Assembly (NCBI GenBank): GCA_965649295.1
Contig: CBFGKH010000014.1
Coordinates: forward strand, 1 to 31,198
Length of the DNA stretch: 31,198 nucleotides
Direction: 5' to 3'
From: a candidate division WOR-3 bacterium
Lineage (GTDB): Bacteria; Hydrothermota; Tepidihabitantia; Tepidihabitantales; Tepidihabitantaceae
The notes under the pieces were generated by a model that made no database searches, was not told where the DNA came from, and saw only the letters and a program-made list of their open reading frames with translations. Below are positions 9,582 to 20,400 of this stretch, one piece after another; position 1 is the stretch's first letter; each line of letters opens with the position of its first letter. The position numbers and the translations under genes are program-made.

Positions 9582-10532
9582 ATGATTACCCTGCCCAGCC
9601 CTACGATCCGGCCCTTGACCCCTGACGATGGCCGTGCTGTCGGCCTGCTCATCGCCGAAATCCACAACGAACTTGGCACCAGACCGATGCTCTCGGTTGA
9701 AGCCCATGTCCACCTCTTCAAGACACCCTGGCTCGCCAATGGCGCTGGTCTGGCACTACTCTACGGCAACACCTTCTGCGGTTACGGGTTTGCTCGTCAG
9801 TCCGAATGGCCGGGGGGCCCGTGCATACAGGTCGGGCTAGCCCTGCGCCGCGGATTCCGCACGGCTGGTGTGCATGAAGTCCTAACCCGTCCGCTAATCG
9901 AACTTGCCCGCCAGCTTGGCCAGGACACCGGCGTTGAGCAGGCTGTCGTGTTCAGCCGCAGTATTGACACGATTCACCCACCCATCCTCGCCGCACTTGG
10001 CTTCCAGTCCCACCCGCTCTCACTGCTTGGCTTCTCCCATAGCCTCGCTCCTATCCCCGACCGGCCTTTGGCCCCCGGCCTTCGTCTGCGGCCAGCCTGC
10101 ATTCCTGATGACTTCGAACTGATCGAGACCTTGGCCGAACGCATCTTTACCGAACCGACCACTCACGGCCGACCTCTTCACCGCTCCTACTACGAATTCG
10201 AGAGCACTCTCTCTGGCTTCTTGCCGGATCAGCTCACGATTGTCGAAGCCGGCTCCGACCCGATCGGTTATGTGTTCCTCACCCGTCAATGTGGCACCGA
10301 TGGCGAATGTCTGATGCTCTCAGAACTAGGTGTAGTGCCAGCGCTGCGCCGACGCGGCATCGGCAGTGCGCTGATCTGCCACGCCCTGCGTTGGGCTCGC
10401 CTGCACGGCTCGGGCCAGCTCCTGACCGCCTGTCTCAACCAGAACCCGGTTGCTGCGCTATACTGGCGGCTCGGCTTTCGACCAGACCCGCTCCGTACCT
10501 ACATCTACTACACCCGCCGCTTGACAGACTAA
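9582..10532 (+). CDS. GNAT family N-acetyltransferase, probably tandem GNAT folds
   Basis: LGVVPALRRRGIGSAL acetyl-CoA motif and N...LY.RLGF in the C-half; degenerate IRP..../LGF copy in the N-half. Confidence 0.82.
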   Translation: MITLPSPTIRPLTPDDGRAVGLLIAEIHNELGTRPMLSVEAHVHLFKTPWLANGAGLALLYGNTFCGYGFARQSEWPGGPCIQVGLALRRGFRTAGVHEVLTRPLIELARQLGQDTGVEQAVVFSRSIDTIHPPILAALGFQSHPLSLLGFSHSLAPIPDRPLAPGLRLRPACIPDDFELIETLAERIFTEPTTHGRPLHRSYYEFESTLSGFLPDQLTIVEAGSDPIGYVFLTRQCGTDGECLMLSELGVVPALRRRGIGSALICHALRWARLHGSGQLLTACLNQNPVAALYWRLGFRPDPLRTYIYYTRRLTD

Positions 10533-10549
10533 CCGGGGCGGGCTAGATT
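10521..10549 (+). promoter_or_regulatory. Putative sigma70 promoter of purM (probably leaderless)
   Basis: TTGACA-17 bp-TAGATT, then 5 nt to the ATG; no SD. Confidence 0.6.
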
Positions 10550-10554
10550 CGCCC

Positions 10555-11556
10555 ATGCTTTACCGTGACGCGGGCGTTGACATCGAACTGATGGACGCTG
10601 TCAAACGCCGCATCGGCCGCCTGGCCCGCTCGACTGCCACCGCCCAAGTCCTCTCTGACATCGGGCTGTTCGGCTCGTTGTTTCGGTTATCGCCGCACCA
10701 TCGTGACCCAGTTCTCGTCGCCAGTTGCGACGGCGTTGGTACCAAACTACTCATCGCCCGCGCTGCTAGCCGGCTCGACGGTGTCGGCCAGGACATTGTC
10801 AATCACTCGGTCAATGACATCCTCACGCTTGGCGCCCAGCCGCTGTTCTTTCTCGACTACATCGCCCACGCCGATCTGAAGCCGTCGCAACTACTCACTA
10901 TCGTCCGCGGCCTGGCTCGTGCCTGTCGGCAGAACAACTGCTCGCTCGTCGGCGGCGAGACAGCAATGATGCCTGATATCTATCGCCCCGGTGATTTCGA
11001 TCTCGCCGGTTTCATCGTTGGCATCGTCGAACGCCAGCGCATCCTTGACCCATCGCGGGTCGAACCCGGTGACCTCGCCATCGGACTGCCTTCCTCCGGC
11101 CTCCACACCAATGGCTACTCACTCGCCCGTAAGGTTCTTTTCGAACGGGCCGGGCTAAAACTCGACTCACCGGTTCCTGGCACCCGCCGTCGGCTCGCTG
11201 ATCTACTGCTAACTCCTCACCGGTCATACCTGAAACCGGTCTTCCCCCTGCTTGGCCGCGTCAAAGCCATCGCCCACATCACTGGTGGCGGCTTTGAGAG
11301 CAACATCGGCCGCCTGCTACCACCAGAGCGCGCCTGCGTCATTCGTCGTCGGTCATGGAGGCCCCCCGCTATCTTCCGGCTCATTCAGCGCTGCGGCGAC
11401 GTGCCGACTGAAGAAATGTACCGGACATTCAATATGGGCATCGGCATGATTCTTTTTGTCGGTCCGCAGCAGGCCAACGCTATTCTCCGTCGCATCCGCG
11501 GTAGCCGGATTATCGGTGAGATTATTCGCGGGACCTTCGGCGTCGCCCTAGTCTAG
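10555..11556 (+). CDS. purM: Phosphoribosylformylglycinamidine cyclo-ligase (AIR synthetase)
   Basis: Y.DAGVDI, DGVGTK, PLFFLDY, GGETA.MP, SSGLHTNGYSL, AHITGGG and TFNMGIG motifs. Confidence 0.97.
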   Translation: MLYRDAGVDIELMDAVKRRIGRLARSTATAQVLSDIGLFGSLFRLSPHHRDPVLVASCDGVGTKLLIARAASRLDGVGQDIVNHSVNDILTLGAQPLFFLDYIAHADLKPSQLLTIVRGLARACRQNNCSLVGGETAMMPDIYRPGDFDLAGFIVGIVERQRILDPSRVEPGDLAIGLPSSGLHTNGYSLARKVLFERAGLKLDSPVPGTRRRLADLLLTPHRSYLKPVFPLLGRVKAIAHITGGGFESNIGRLLPPERACVIRRRSWRPPAIFRLIQRCGDVPTEEMYRTFNMGIGMILFVGPQQANAILRRIRGSRIIGEIIRGTFGVALV

Positions 11557-12488
11557 CCGCGGGGGTGAAACGTTCGAATCACCTCACGCAAGTATTCCCG
11601 GTCAATGTGAGTGTAGATTTGCGTTGTCGCGATATTGGCATGCCCCAGCATCTCCTGCACTGACAGGAGGTCAGCTCCGCCCTCGAGCAGATGGGTGGCA
11701 AAAGAATGACGCAGTGTGTGCGGGGTCACTCGACGCCTGATGCCGGCCAGCGCAACACACTGCCGTAGAATCTTCCAGAGGCCCATCCGCGACAATCTGC
11801 CGCCGCGACAATTAAGAAAGAGCCAAGGGGACTGCCGGCCCCGGGCAAAGTGTGGCCTAGCTCCGGCCAGGTAGTCCTTAACAGCAGCGATTGCCAGATC
11901 ACCGAGCGGCACAATGCGCTCACGGCCGCGCTTACCCAGTACCCGCACCGAACCCCCGCTGTAGTCAATGCTATCAAGCCCAAGCCCAGCAAGCTCTGAC
12001 ACCCGCAGCCCAGCACCATACAGCACCTCCAAGATCGCCCGACTCCGCAACGCCCAGAATCTGTCCGGAACACTACTCGTCACTTCAATGAGCCGGGCAA
12101 CCTCATCCTGAGTTAGCACATCGGGAAGCCGTCGCTCCAGCCTTGGCAATACCAAGACCTCGGCAGGATTAGAACTGACCAGCCGCTCCGCCAGCAGAAA
12201 CCGAAAGAACAACCGCAGACTGACAACTTTCCGGGCAATACTCGTCCTTTGCAACCCACGATCAGTCAGGCTCCGCACAAAAGCCTGCAACTGGCGGGGA
12301 GTAATGCTGGCCGGTGCTGTCTGGGCTTCGGGAACCGAACCGAGAAATTGGCGAATGTCGGTCAGGTAGCTCTCGGTCGAATTGCGAGCAACGCCGCGCT
12401 CGACCAGTAGATAGTCTGCAAAACGATCGAGCAGCGACCTAGCGGGCCGCTTCGAGCTCAGCCCGGCTGACAACTGTGTCCCGCTCAT
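11553..12488 (-). CDS. xerD: Site-specific tyrosine recombinase XerD (start uncertain; ATG 12488 chosen over 12566)
   Basis: YL.VERG...N....Y, LY.AGLRVSEL, GK...ER.VP, LSRMG.W.I, TPHTLRHSFATHLL.GGADL..VQ.MLGH..I.TTQIYTH, and HPRG end. Confidence 0.9.
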   Translation of the reverse strand: MSGTQLSAGLSSKRPARSLLDRFADYLLVERGVARNSTESYLTDIRQFLGSVPEAQTAPASITPRQLQAFVRSLTDRGLQRTSIARKVVSLRLFFRFLLAERLVSSNPAEVLVLPRLERRLPDVLTQDEVARLIEVTSSVPDRFWALRSRAILEVLYGAGLRVSELAGLGLDSIDYSGGSVRVLGKRGRERIVPLGDLAIAAVKDYLAGARPHFARGRQSPWLFLNCRGGRLSRMGLWKILRQCVALAGIRRRVTPHTLRHSFATHLLEGGADLLSVQEMLGHANIATTQIYTHIDREYLREVIRTFHPRG

Positions 12489-14031
12489 AGGCCGCATCCG
12501 CGGCTTGATGGTCAACGTTGAAGTGGAGTCCCCGCGACTCTGGCCGCCGCAGCGCGCACTCAACAATCAACCGCGCCACCGTCAGCAGGTTCACAAGCTC
12601 AAACCGTCCTGGGCCGGCTGCTGCCAAACCGCCAATCACCGCAGCAAGCTCACCAAGTCGCGTTCGGGCCCGAGCTAGCCCAGCGTCAGTGCGAATGATA
12701 CCGGCCTCTCGCCACATTAGCGCTCGAATCTCAGCTAGCACCTGACCGGTCATGTCCTCATTGGACTCACGCGAGACCAATTGCGACGAAGGGCCAGCTC
12801 CAAGCTCGCATCTCCCGACCGCCACCATTCGCACCCGTTCGGCAGCACGGTCGGCAAATACCAAAGCCTCGAGCAAAGAATTCGACGCCAGCCGGTTGGC
12901 TCCGTGCAGGCCAGAGCAGGCACACTCTCCGGCAGCAAAAAGACCCTGCACCGACGTCTCTGCCCATTCATTTGTCTGCAGCCCGCCACAGATGTAATGC
13001 GCTGCTGGTACGACCGGAATCGGCTCAGCGGTAATATCAATGCCCAACTGAAGACAGGTCTGGTAGATGTGCGGGAACCGCTCCATCAGCCGTTCGCGGC
13101 CAATTGCCGTTGCATCAAGCAAGACATAGTCGTCACCGCTTCGCCGTAGCTCTGCCGCAATAGCCCGAGCAACAACATCACGCGGCGCGAGCTCGGCATC
13201 AGTATGGTATTCCGGCATGAAACGTCGGCCAGCCCGGGTAACCAAATAAGCACCCTCACCTCTAACTGCCTCGGAGATCAAGAAGGCCCGACCTTCCACC
13301 CGTCGCCCGAACAACGATGTCGGATGGAACTGAACAAACTCCATGTTGGCGACCCGGGCGCCAGCACGGTAACCCATAGCAATTCCATCGCCGGTCGCAA
13401 TCGGTGGATTGGTCGTATGCTGATAGACCTGGCCGCATCCGCCGGTTGCAAGCAACGTGAACCGCGCCCTAACCAGTCGCGGTGCTTCCTCACCGGGGAG
13501 CAAGACAAACGCCCCCTTACAACTACCGTCATCAGCGACTGCCAGCTCGAGTGCATAACTCTGTTCCACAATTCGGACAGTATCTGCCGCCCGCACCACT
13601 CGTAGTAGCCCACGCTCAATCTCCGAGCCGGTCAGGTCCCGAGCGTGGACAATCCGCCGGCGACAATGGCCACCCTCGCGCCCGAGGTCGAAACTGACCC
13701 GACCAGCCGAATCCACAGCAGTCGAAAAGGAGACGCCCAAATCGTATAGCTCCCTGACGAGCTTCGGGCCTGCCTCGGTAACTAGTCGAACAATATCGGG
13801 ATGCGCGATACCGGCGCCAGCAGCAATCGTATCGTTATAGTGAAGCTCGGGAGAATCATCTTGAGCAACTGCTGCCGCTATTCCGCCCTGAGCGTAGTTG
13901 GTGTTCGACTCGGTATCAGACTTCTTGGTGACAATGACGACGCGGCCGATTCCAGCGACGCGCCGGGCAAACCAGAGACCGGCAATCCCTGACCCAATTA
14001 CAAGAAAATCGGTCTCAATTGCGGGTTGCAA
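12439..14031 (-). CDS. nadB: L-aspartate oxidase (likely TTG start 14031; ORF track extends it to 14163)
   Basis: VIGSGIAGL, SNTNYAQGGIA, REGGH..RRI.H, EF.QFHPT, LISEAVRGEG, ELAPRDVVAR, PAAHY.CGG and GLHGANRLASNSLLE motifs. Confidence 0.95.
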   Translation of the reverse strand: MQPAIETDFLVIGSGIAGLWFARRVAGIGRVVIVTKKSDTESNTNYAQGGIAAAVAQDDSPELHYNDTIAAGAGIAHPDIVRLVTEAGPKLVRELYDLGVSFSTAVDSAGRVSFDLGREGGHCRRRIVHARDLTGSEIERGLLRVVRAADTVRIVEQSYALELAVADDGSCKGAFVLLPGEEAPRLVRARFTLLATGGCGQVYQHTTNPPIATGDGIAMGYRAGARVANMEFVQFHPTSLFGRRVEGRAFLISEAVRGEGAYLVTRAGRRFMPEYHTDAELAPRDVVARAIAAELRRSGDDYVLLDATAIGRERLMERFPHIYQTCLQLGIDITAEPIPVVPAAHYICGGLQTNEWAETSVQGLFAAGECACSGLHGANRLASNSLLEALVFADRAAERVRMVAVGRCELGAGPSSQLVSRESNEDMTGQVLAEIRALMWREAGIIRTDAGLARARTRLGELAAVIGGLAAAGPGRFELVNLLTVARLIVECALRRPESRGLHFNVDHQAADAAYERDTVVSRAELEAAR

Positions 14032-14038
14032 GAGACTG

Positions 14039-14728
14039 CTAGAACCGATAGGCGAGCTCAAGGCCAAGACGCTCAACCGGCTGACAGACTGTCCAACGCC
14101 GTTGCCGGTCAGTTGATGAGTGGCTGTTTCTGCCCTCAGCACGGACAAAGAAGGCGCAGTCAATAACGCTTGCCAGCCGGTTCAGCACCATACCGGCAAC
14201 CACAAACCCAGCCGCCTGAACTGCGCTACGGCCGCTGCGCCGAGTCTGCCAGTAGCGGATTCGAGCCGAATCCGAACTCCAGTCCCATACTGACGCGCCA
14301 AAATAGCCGACACTGTCATAGTAGGCGTGTTGGGCTGCCGGGTCATTGGGGAAACGTGACCGAGCATCAGCTCTGACCTTTTCGTTATACTCGTCAGCGT
14401 TATCATAGGCCTCCAGCGCCTTGTAATAACGCGACTCACGCTCGGCTAGGTTGGCGCCGGCCTCGCGGGCTGCAGCCAGCCGTGCTTCCTGTTCTCTTGT
14501 GCTACCGTACCAGCGTAGCCCAGCCCAAGCAACCGCAGCCGCGCCATCAAGCCAAAGCAGCGCCTCACCCCGCTTATGACTACCCAGCATTAGTTGACCA
14601 GTTCCCGGCAGCAGTGCTGAACTGGCAATTGCCAATGGCCGCAGCGATTGACGCGACCCGAGACTGTCAGCAGCAACAACCACTCTGACCATGACCAGGC
14701 ACAATAGCATCAGTAGATACCGTCTCAT
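14039..14728 (-). CDS. Hypothetical exported/membrane protein
   Basis: ATG overlaps the upstream stop (ATGA). Signal-peptide-like N-terminus, SALLPG.GQ hydrophobic motif, C-terminal L.L.YRF. Confidence 0.75.
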   Translation of the reverse strand: MRRYLLMLLCLVMVRVVVAADSLGSRQSLRPLAIASSALLPGTGQLMLGSHKRGEALLWLDGAAAVAWAGLRWYGSTREQEARLAAAREAGANLAERESRYYKALEAYDNADEYNEKVRADARSRFPNDPAAQHAYYDSVGYFGASVWDWSSDSARIRYWQTRRSGRSAVQAAGFVVAGMVLNRLASVIDCAFFVRAEGRNSHSSTDRQRRWTVCQPVERLGLELAYRF

Positions 14729-17460
14729 GGTACTACGACCTTGCGACATGACCCGTTGGACACGAGGAAATAGACACCGGCGCTGGGAACCCTGACCTCG
14801 TAACCGGCCTTGGCCGGCCGCGGCTCTGCTGGCTCCAATATTCGGCCGGTCGCACTGACCAACCCGTAGCTAGAATCGGGCAAGACGAACCGCCTACCCA
14901 TCGGCATAAAGACCGTAGCAGCACCAAAGACCGGTACGCTGGCTGCTGGCTCGCTGACTCCGACAAGATTCTGGTCAGTCACCTTGGCGACAATATCCCA
15001 GCCCCGGTGCCGCGGATTACCAGTCCAGGCGAATGCCACCCGGTTGCGCAGCACGACAACAGACTGACCGATGCTCCAGTGCTGTTCTTTGGGAAACCGG
15101 TTCGGCTCATTGATACACTGGTTGTTGCCGATGCGGGTTCGGTCTGACCGGAATCGCTGACAGTAATACTGTGAATTGCCAGCGACATCTCGCTCGTCAT
15201 TGAAACCGACAAAAAGAGTTCCGTCATTGGCAAACGCCAAGCTGGGCGAGTAGCAATCGTTCCCGGCTATGCCGTCGCTGACTCGCTCATTATCTCCCGG
15301 ACGCTGGCCGGTCGAATCGAACCACTGGAGATAAATCTCGTAGCGGTTGTCACGGCCATCCTCCCACGCCACTGCCACTCTGCCGTCGGCGGCGATAGCG
15401 CACGACGGATAGCCCTGATAGGCTCGACCGACGTCAGTATTGACGCGGATGTTCGGCCCAACCCGGCTGCCGTCTGGCCGAAACAACTGACAGTAGATAT
15501 CAAAACCCGAGGCAGAAGAGTTACGGTTGTCCATCCAGCTAACAACAAACCGGCCCGAACGGTTCATCGCCACACTGGCGTAATCGGCCTCAGCCGTCGT
15601 ATCCGATACAGCGAACTCCGGGCCAAAGGGATTGCCAAGGGAATCATAGCGTCGGCAGTAGATGTTAAACGGCCCGTTCCGCATATCCATCCAGACAATA
15701 GCAGCGTTGTCGGCCGAGTCCATAGCGCAGTAAGGATACCAGACAAACGCCGTCCCAGAACTGTTCACCACAAACTCCGGGCCTAGAGGATTACCGGCAC
15801 CATCAAGCAGACGGGCATAGATGTTACTTGTCTGGGGCCCAGTACGAAAATCAGTCCAGGCCGCAACAAAGCGACTGCTGCCGCCAGCAACTGCCGCATA
15901 ATACTGCGCTGCCCCGCCTGCCGGATCGCTGTTCAGGCGCTGATTGGGACCAAGCTCGCTGCCACTGGTGTCGAACACTGCCCGGTAGATGTCGGTTCCA
16001 CCATTCCGTTCATCCTCCCAGACCACACAGAAGTTGCCAGCAGCGGTTGCACCGATTGACGACACTCGCTGGTGGGAACTGGCCCAGTCGTCGTTACGTC
16101 GGCAGCTAGGTCCGGTGGCCATACCGGCCCGGTCGAGCCTAACTCCAAACAGGTCAAAATCACCAAGACGGTCATCAAGCCATACGACCTCGTAGCCGCC
16201 ATCAGGGCAGGCCGCGACAGTCGGAGACTTCTGAACAGCACTACCGACGTCGTCGTTCACCCGAAAAGAGCTTCCCAGCGCCGCACCGTTCGAGTCATAG
16301 CGACGGGCATAGATGTCAGCCGGGCCATTCCGAGAATCAGTCCAGACCACCAAAAACTCACCAAAGCTGTTAGCAGCAACTGCTGGCTCGACCTGGTCAG
16401 CGCTGCCGGCGTCATCGTTCACCCGGAAATCCGGGCCAACCGGTTGTCCTGCCGGGTTGTAGAGCCGAGCATAGATATCATACTGGCCACCAGCCCGCCG
16501 GTCCTCCCAGACAACTAGAAACTCACCCCCCGGTGTGCAAGCAACATCCGGACTCCACTGAATACTGTCATTCGTGGTCACCTGGATGTTGCTACCCAGC
16601 CGACTGCCGTCATTACTAAACCGCTGGCAGAAGATATTCCAGTCATAAGGATTGCGGCCTCGGCCGTCCATCCAGGCGACGACAAACCGACCCGAGTCGT
16701 CACCAGTCACTGCCGGCTCATACTGATTCGCCTGCCCAATGGCGTCGTCGTTCACCCGAAAGTTGGTATCGCGTCTCGTGCCGTCTGGGTTGAAGAACTG
16801 AGCGAATATGTCGCCGGTCAACCCGAACCGCCGGTCATCCCAGGCAACCAGCACAGTCCTGTTCGGTGCGGCATGGACACTAGAAAAGTCCTGGTCACCA
16901 GCAACGCCGGAATCACTCACCCGGAAGTTGGCGCCAATCGGCGAGCCGTCTGGCCCAAACCGCTGGCCAAACAGGTCAGAGTTGCCAATCTCGCGACGGT
17001 CCTCCCAGGTAGCAATGAAACCGCCATCCGCCAGCACCGCAACTGCCGGACTGCCCTGCCAGCCCAACGTGACATCATCGTTCGCCCGCAGATTTGGCCC
17101 CAGCGTAGCGCCACTCGCAGCAAACTGGCCAAACCAGACATCAGCGTCGCCATCCCGAAACTCGTGCCAGAACAGCACGCTCGTACCGTCACCCCTCACC
17201 TTCACTGCTGGTGACTGCTGCGAGGTTCCGCCGGTCGTATCGTCATTGACGACAAAGTCGTTACGCACAACACTGTCCACCACCAAACTTCTGCCCCCTG
17301 CCTTCCGCCCTCGCCAGCCTCGATTCTGCGCTCTACGCTCTTGACCCTTCTCCTCTGACCTCAGTCCCGGCACCGGCCGCAATACCCCGGCCTGCCGCTG
17401 CTGCAGCAACCACTCAACATCACTTGTCCCGGCCAGCAGCAGCACTAGCAGCAAAGTCAT
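14725..17460 (-). CDS. Secreted protein with 14 ~55-aa repeats (probable double 7-bladed beta-propeller) and degenerate T9SS-like C-terminal domain
   Basis: Repeat consensus NFRVNDD....Q..PAVA....G.F.V.W.D.R.G..DIYA..FD..G...G; signal-like N-terminus; tail ..SATGRIL..AGVYFL..RKVVV. Confidence 0.85.
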   Translation of the reverse strand: MTLLLVLLLAGTSDVEWLLQQRQAGVLRPVPGLRSEEKGQERRAQNRGWRGRKAGGRSLVVDSVVRNDFVVNDDTTGGTSQQSPAVKVRGDGTSVLFWHEFRDGDADVWFGQFAASGATLGPNLRANDDVTLGWQGSPAVAVLADGGFIATWEDRREIGNSDLFGQRFGPDGSPIGANFRVSDSGVAGDQDFSSVHAAPNRTVLVAWDDRRFGLTGDIFAQFFNPDGTRRDTNFRVNDDAIGQANQYEPAVTGDDSGRFVVAWMDGRGRNPYDWNIFCQRFSNDGSRLGSNIQVTTNDSIQWSPDVACTPGGEFLVVWEDRRAGGQYDIYARLYNPAGQPVGPDFRVNDDAGSADQVEPAVAANSFGEFLVVWTDSRNGPADIYARRYDSNGAALGSSFRVNDDVGSAVQKSPTVAACPDGGYEVVWLDDRLGDFDLFGVRLDRAGMATGPSCRRNDDWASSHQRVSSIGATAAGNFCVVWEDERNGGTDIYRAVFDTSGSELGPNQRLNSDPAGGAAQYYAAVAGGSSRFVAAWTDFRTGPQTSNIYARLLDGAGNPLGPEFVVNSSGTAFVWYPYCAMDSADNAAIVWMDMRNGPFNIYCRRYDSLGNPFGPEFAVSDTTAEADYASVAMNRSGRFVVSWMDNRNSSASGFDIYCQLFRPDGSRVGPNIRVNTDVGRAYQGYPSCAIAADGRVAVAWEDGRDNRYEIYLQWFDSTGQRPGDNERVSDGIAGNDCYSPSLAFANDGTLFVGFNDERDVAGNSQYYCQRFRSDRTRIGNNQCINEPNRFPKEQHWSIGQSVVVLRNRVAFAWTGNPRHRGWDIVAKVTDQNLVGVSEPAASVPVFGAATVFMPMGRRFVLPDSSYGLVSATGRILEPAEPRPAKAGYEVRVPSAGVYFLVSNGSCRKVVVP

Positions 17461-20400
17461 CGCACGATTGCCAGTTTGGTGAACTTGACCTCGGTTCGGC
17501 CGCCGTTCTCAACCTGTAGCCGCACAACATACATGCCCGGAGCGTAACGGGTGGCGTCGAGCACCAGCTCGTTATCAAGCTCAGGAACAGCCGGGCCCTG
17601 GTATTCGAGTCCGACCGGCTCAGCCGCCATATCAAAAAGCCGCACCCGGACAACACTCTGCCCTGGTCCCAGCCGATACCGAACCCGCGCCTCAGCACCA
17701 GCCGGATTGGGCCAAACATAGAACGAACTGACCATTGCTGCCGTCGGCGTCGGCAGCGAGGGCAACTCATTGTCGCACAGCAACCCGGTGTGGCACGGGT
17801 CGTGGTAGATACCAGACCAGACAATCCGGTCAGCCCGAGCCGGCAGGTTCCAGACATAAAACACACCCAAGTCTGATCCCACGGCGAGCTCAGCCGTGCC
17901 ATTGCCATCAAGGTCAGCAAGCAGCGGCACGGCACTGACACTGCTAGTTGTCAGTAGCGGGAACAAATCGAGGCTCCGGCCATTAGTGCCTGAGAATCCG
18001 AGCACTCCGTATTGTGGCGAGCCGATGACGATGTCGTTTCGGCCATCACCATCAATATCAGCAATCGCTGGTGCCGACGTGTACTGAAAATAGGTCTCAT
18101 ACGAGATTATCCAGTTACCGGCCAGCTCGGTTGTGACAAACGTCGAGTCCTGCTCAAATGGATAGTTACTCACAAGCGTACCGTTGGGATTGAAAGCAAA
18201 CAGCCGGTTCATCCCCGCAGCCAGAACATCGGGCCGACCGTCACCGTTCATATCAGCGCTGGCAGTCGCACCGGAGAAGCCGCTCGGCACCAGCTCACTC
18301 GACGCATACTCAACATTCCCTGCCAGGTCAGTAACCACCAGCCGCAGACGATTGCTGCCCGGCGCGACCACCGCAATCTCAGGACTGCCATCCCGGTCAA
18401 AGTCACCAACAATCGGCTGGGCAGTAGCATAGTAGGGTGCGGTTCCCAGTGTCAGCGGAAATCCGCTTGCCAGACTGCCGTCAGCACCGACAAGATAGAG
18501 ACGGGAGTCACCGGTCAGCACAACAATCTGCGGCCTCGTCGTATCGGTAACTGCGACCGGCGCCCGAATCTCGGCGCCGATGTCCACCGGAAAGCCGGCA
18601 AGCACATTGCCCTGCCCGTCCCAAGCATAGAGGCGACCATCACCCGCACCGAGCAGAATCTCTTTCTTGCCATCACCATCAAGGTCGGATAGCACCGGCG
18701 CGGCAAAAACGTGGTCAGCCGCGTTCATTGTCACCACCGGCCCGCCGTCATTACGAATCACCACCACCCGCCCTGAGTTCTGCGCCACCACCACTTCTGG
18801 CCGGCTGTCGCCAATCACATCGCCGACTGCCGGAGCCATTCGCGTCGGGCCACCGGTATTGATAGAACGGAAGACCGTGCCCGTGTCCCGCCAGATGCGC
18901 AGCACACCAAGAGTATCCAAGGTCACCAGTTCCAGACGGTTGTCGCCATCCATGTCAGCCGCATGGGCCGAAAGAAACGGTGCGCCGGCTGCGGCGATAG
19001 GAAAACCAGTCCGGCCCAGCTCCCACTCGATTCGCACCGGTATCACCGTATCCTTCAGCCGGTCGGCCGAATCGGCATAGCCCAACAGAGTAACGGCCAA
19101 TAGCGACTTGCCGGTGTAACCGTCCGAGTTCGGCGCTGTCCGGGCCGTAAACTTGTCGTTGTAGCCGCCCTTGAAGAAGGGGTCGAACTTGTAGCCGTAA
19201 ATCTCGTAATCTGGAGCACGTGACCGCCAGTATGGCACATCATAGTCCTGCACGCCATCACCCTCTTCGAGGTCCACGCCCTTGTGGCCCGGGTCAATAT
19301 TGACCGCGTTATACGGCCCGTAGTCAGCGATGATGCGCTCGTCCACGTGCCAGATAAGGATACCCGAACCCGGCTGGAAGAAGTCATACTCACCATAGGT
19401 GACGCTAATCATCACCCCATCTTCCATGTCAATGTCAATCGTGTCCGGCTGCCGCACATCAACCTGCCGGTTCTCAATCAGAAAATACTCGCTAGTCGTA
19501 ATCGGAATCTTGACAATCGTCGGTCGCAACGTGTCATCCCAGCCGGCAAAGTTCATCGTATCCATCGCCGCCGCAAAGACCGGCACTGACTCTCGCGGCA
19601 CCCTGACTACCAGCGGACTTATCCAACCCAACCAGTAGCGATGGAAGGCATCGAGGAATCCGGGAATGCTGCCGGGTGGCACACCTGCACCATAGTCACC
19701 AAGCCAGCCGCCATAGCCCATCAGACTCCACGAACCGACCCCCATCGTCACGCCCGTCACATCATAAAGGTCATAAGCTCCGAGCAGGTGGGCAAACTCG
19801 TGGCAGAGCGTGCCGGCCAATCCGGTCATTCCCAGGACATTGGTCTGGTCACCGAACATCGTGTCCTGACGCATCATCTCCGGCAGCACCGTTGCCTGCT
19901 CTATTCGCACCCGGCCCGAATCCACCAGGATATACGGCTCACCCAGGTAAGCCTCGATAGCGCCGGCCGGAATCTCACCCGCCAGCAGGTCGAACGGCGA
20001 ATCCCGGCGCAGACCGAAATCAGCCTGCAGTCCTGACCCGGCGTGAAAGATGATGAACTCGTCGTAGCGGCTGAAATCAATCGCCGGGTCAAGGTCTGCC
20101 ACCCGGAAAGCATCGCGCATCAATCGCACCAGGCCAAGCTCAATAGCAAAGTACGACGCCGTATCGCCATAGAACTGCATCTCCCGCGGCAGTTGATAGC
20201 AACTCTTCTCGTCCTCAGGCATCACCGTGTACTCGACATTGAGCCGGCCCAGCGACTGCGAGCGAAAGTAGTTACGCACGCCCTCCATCTGCCGCTCAAA
20301 ATAACGCTTGAAGTGCGGTGGGTCGTTGAACAGTGGCATTGACTCATACCCAGCAGGATAGAACCCGAGCGTGTCCATCTTGCCATTACCGGTTGTCAGG

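Noticed and set aside
11553..12566. Tyrosine recombinase as the integrase of an island inserted at tRNA-Ser
   Set aside because: It has housekeeping XerD signatures, is coupled to nadB, and I saw no duplicated tRNA 3' end (att site) or phage/plasmid genes.
14950..17270. Periodic DNA similarity as a CRISPR or other non-coding array
   Set aside because: Fully explained by degenerate ~55-aa protein repeats; there are no identical DNA repeats with unique spacers.
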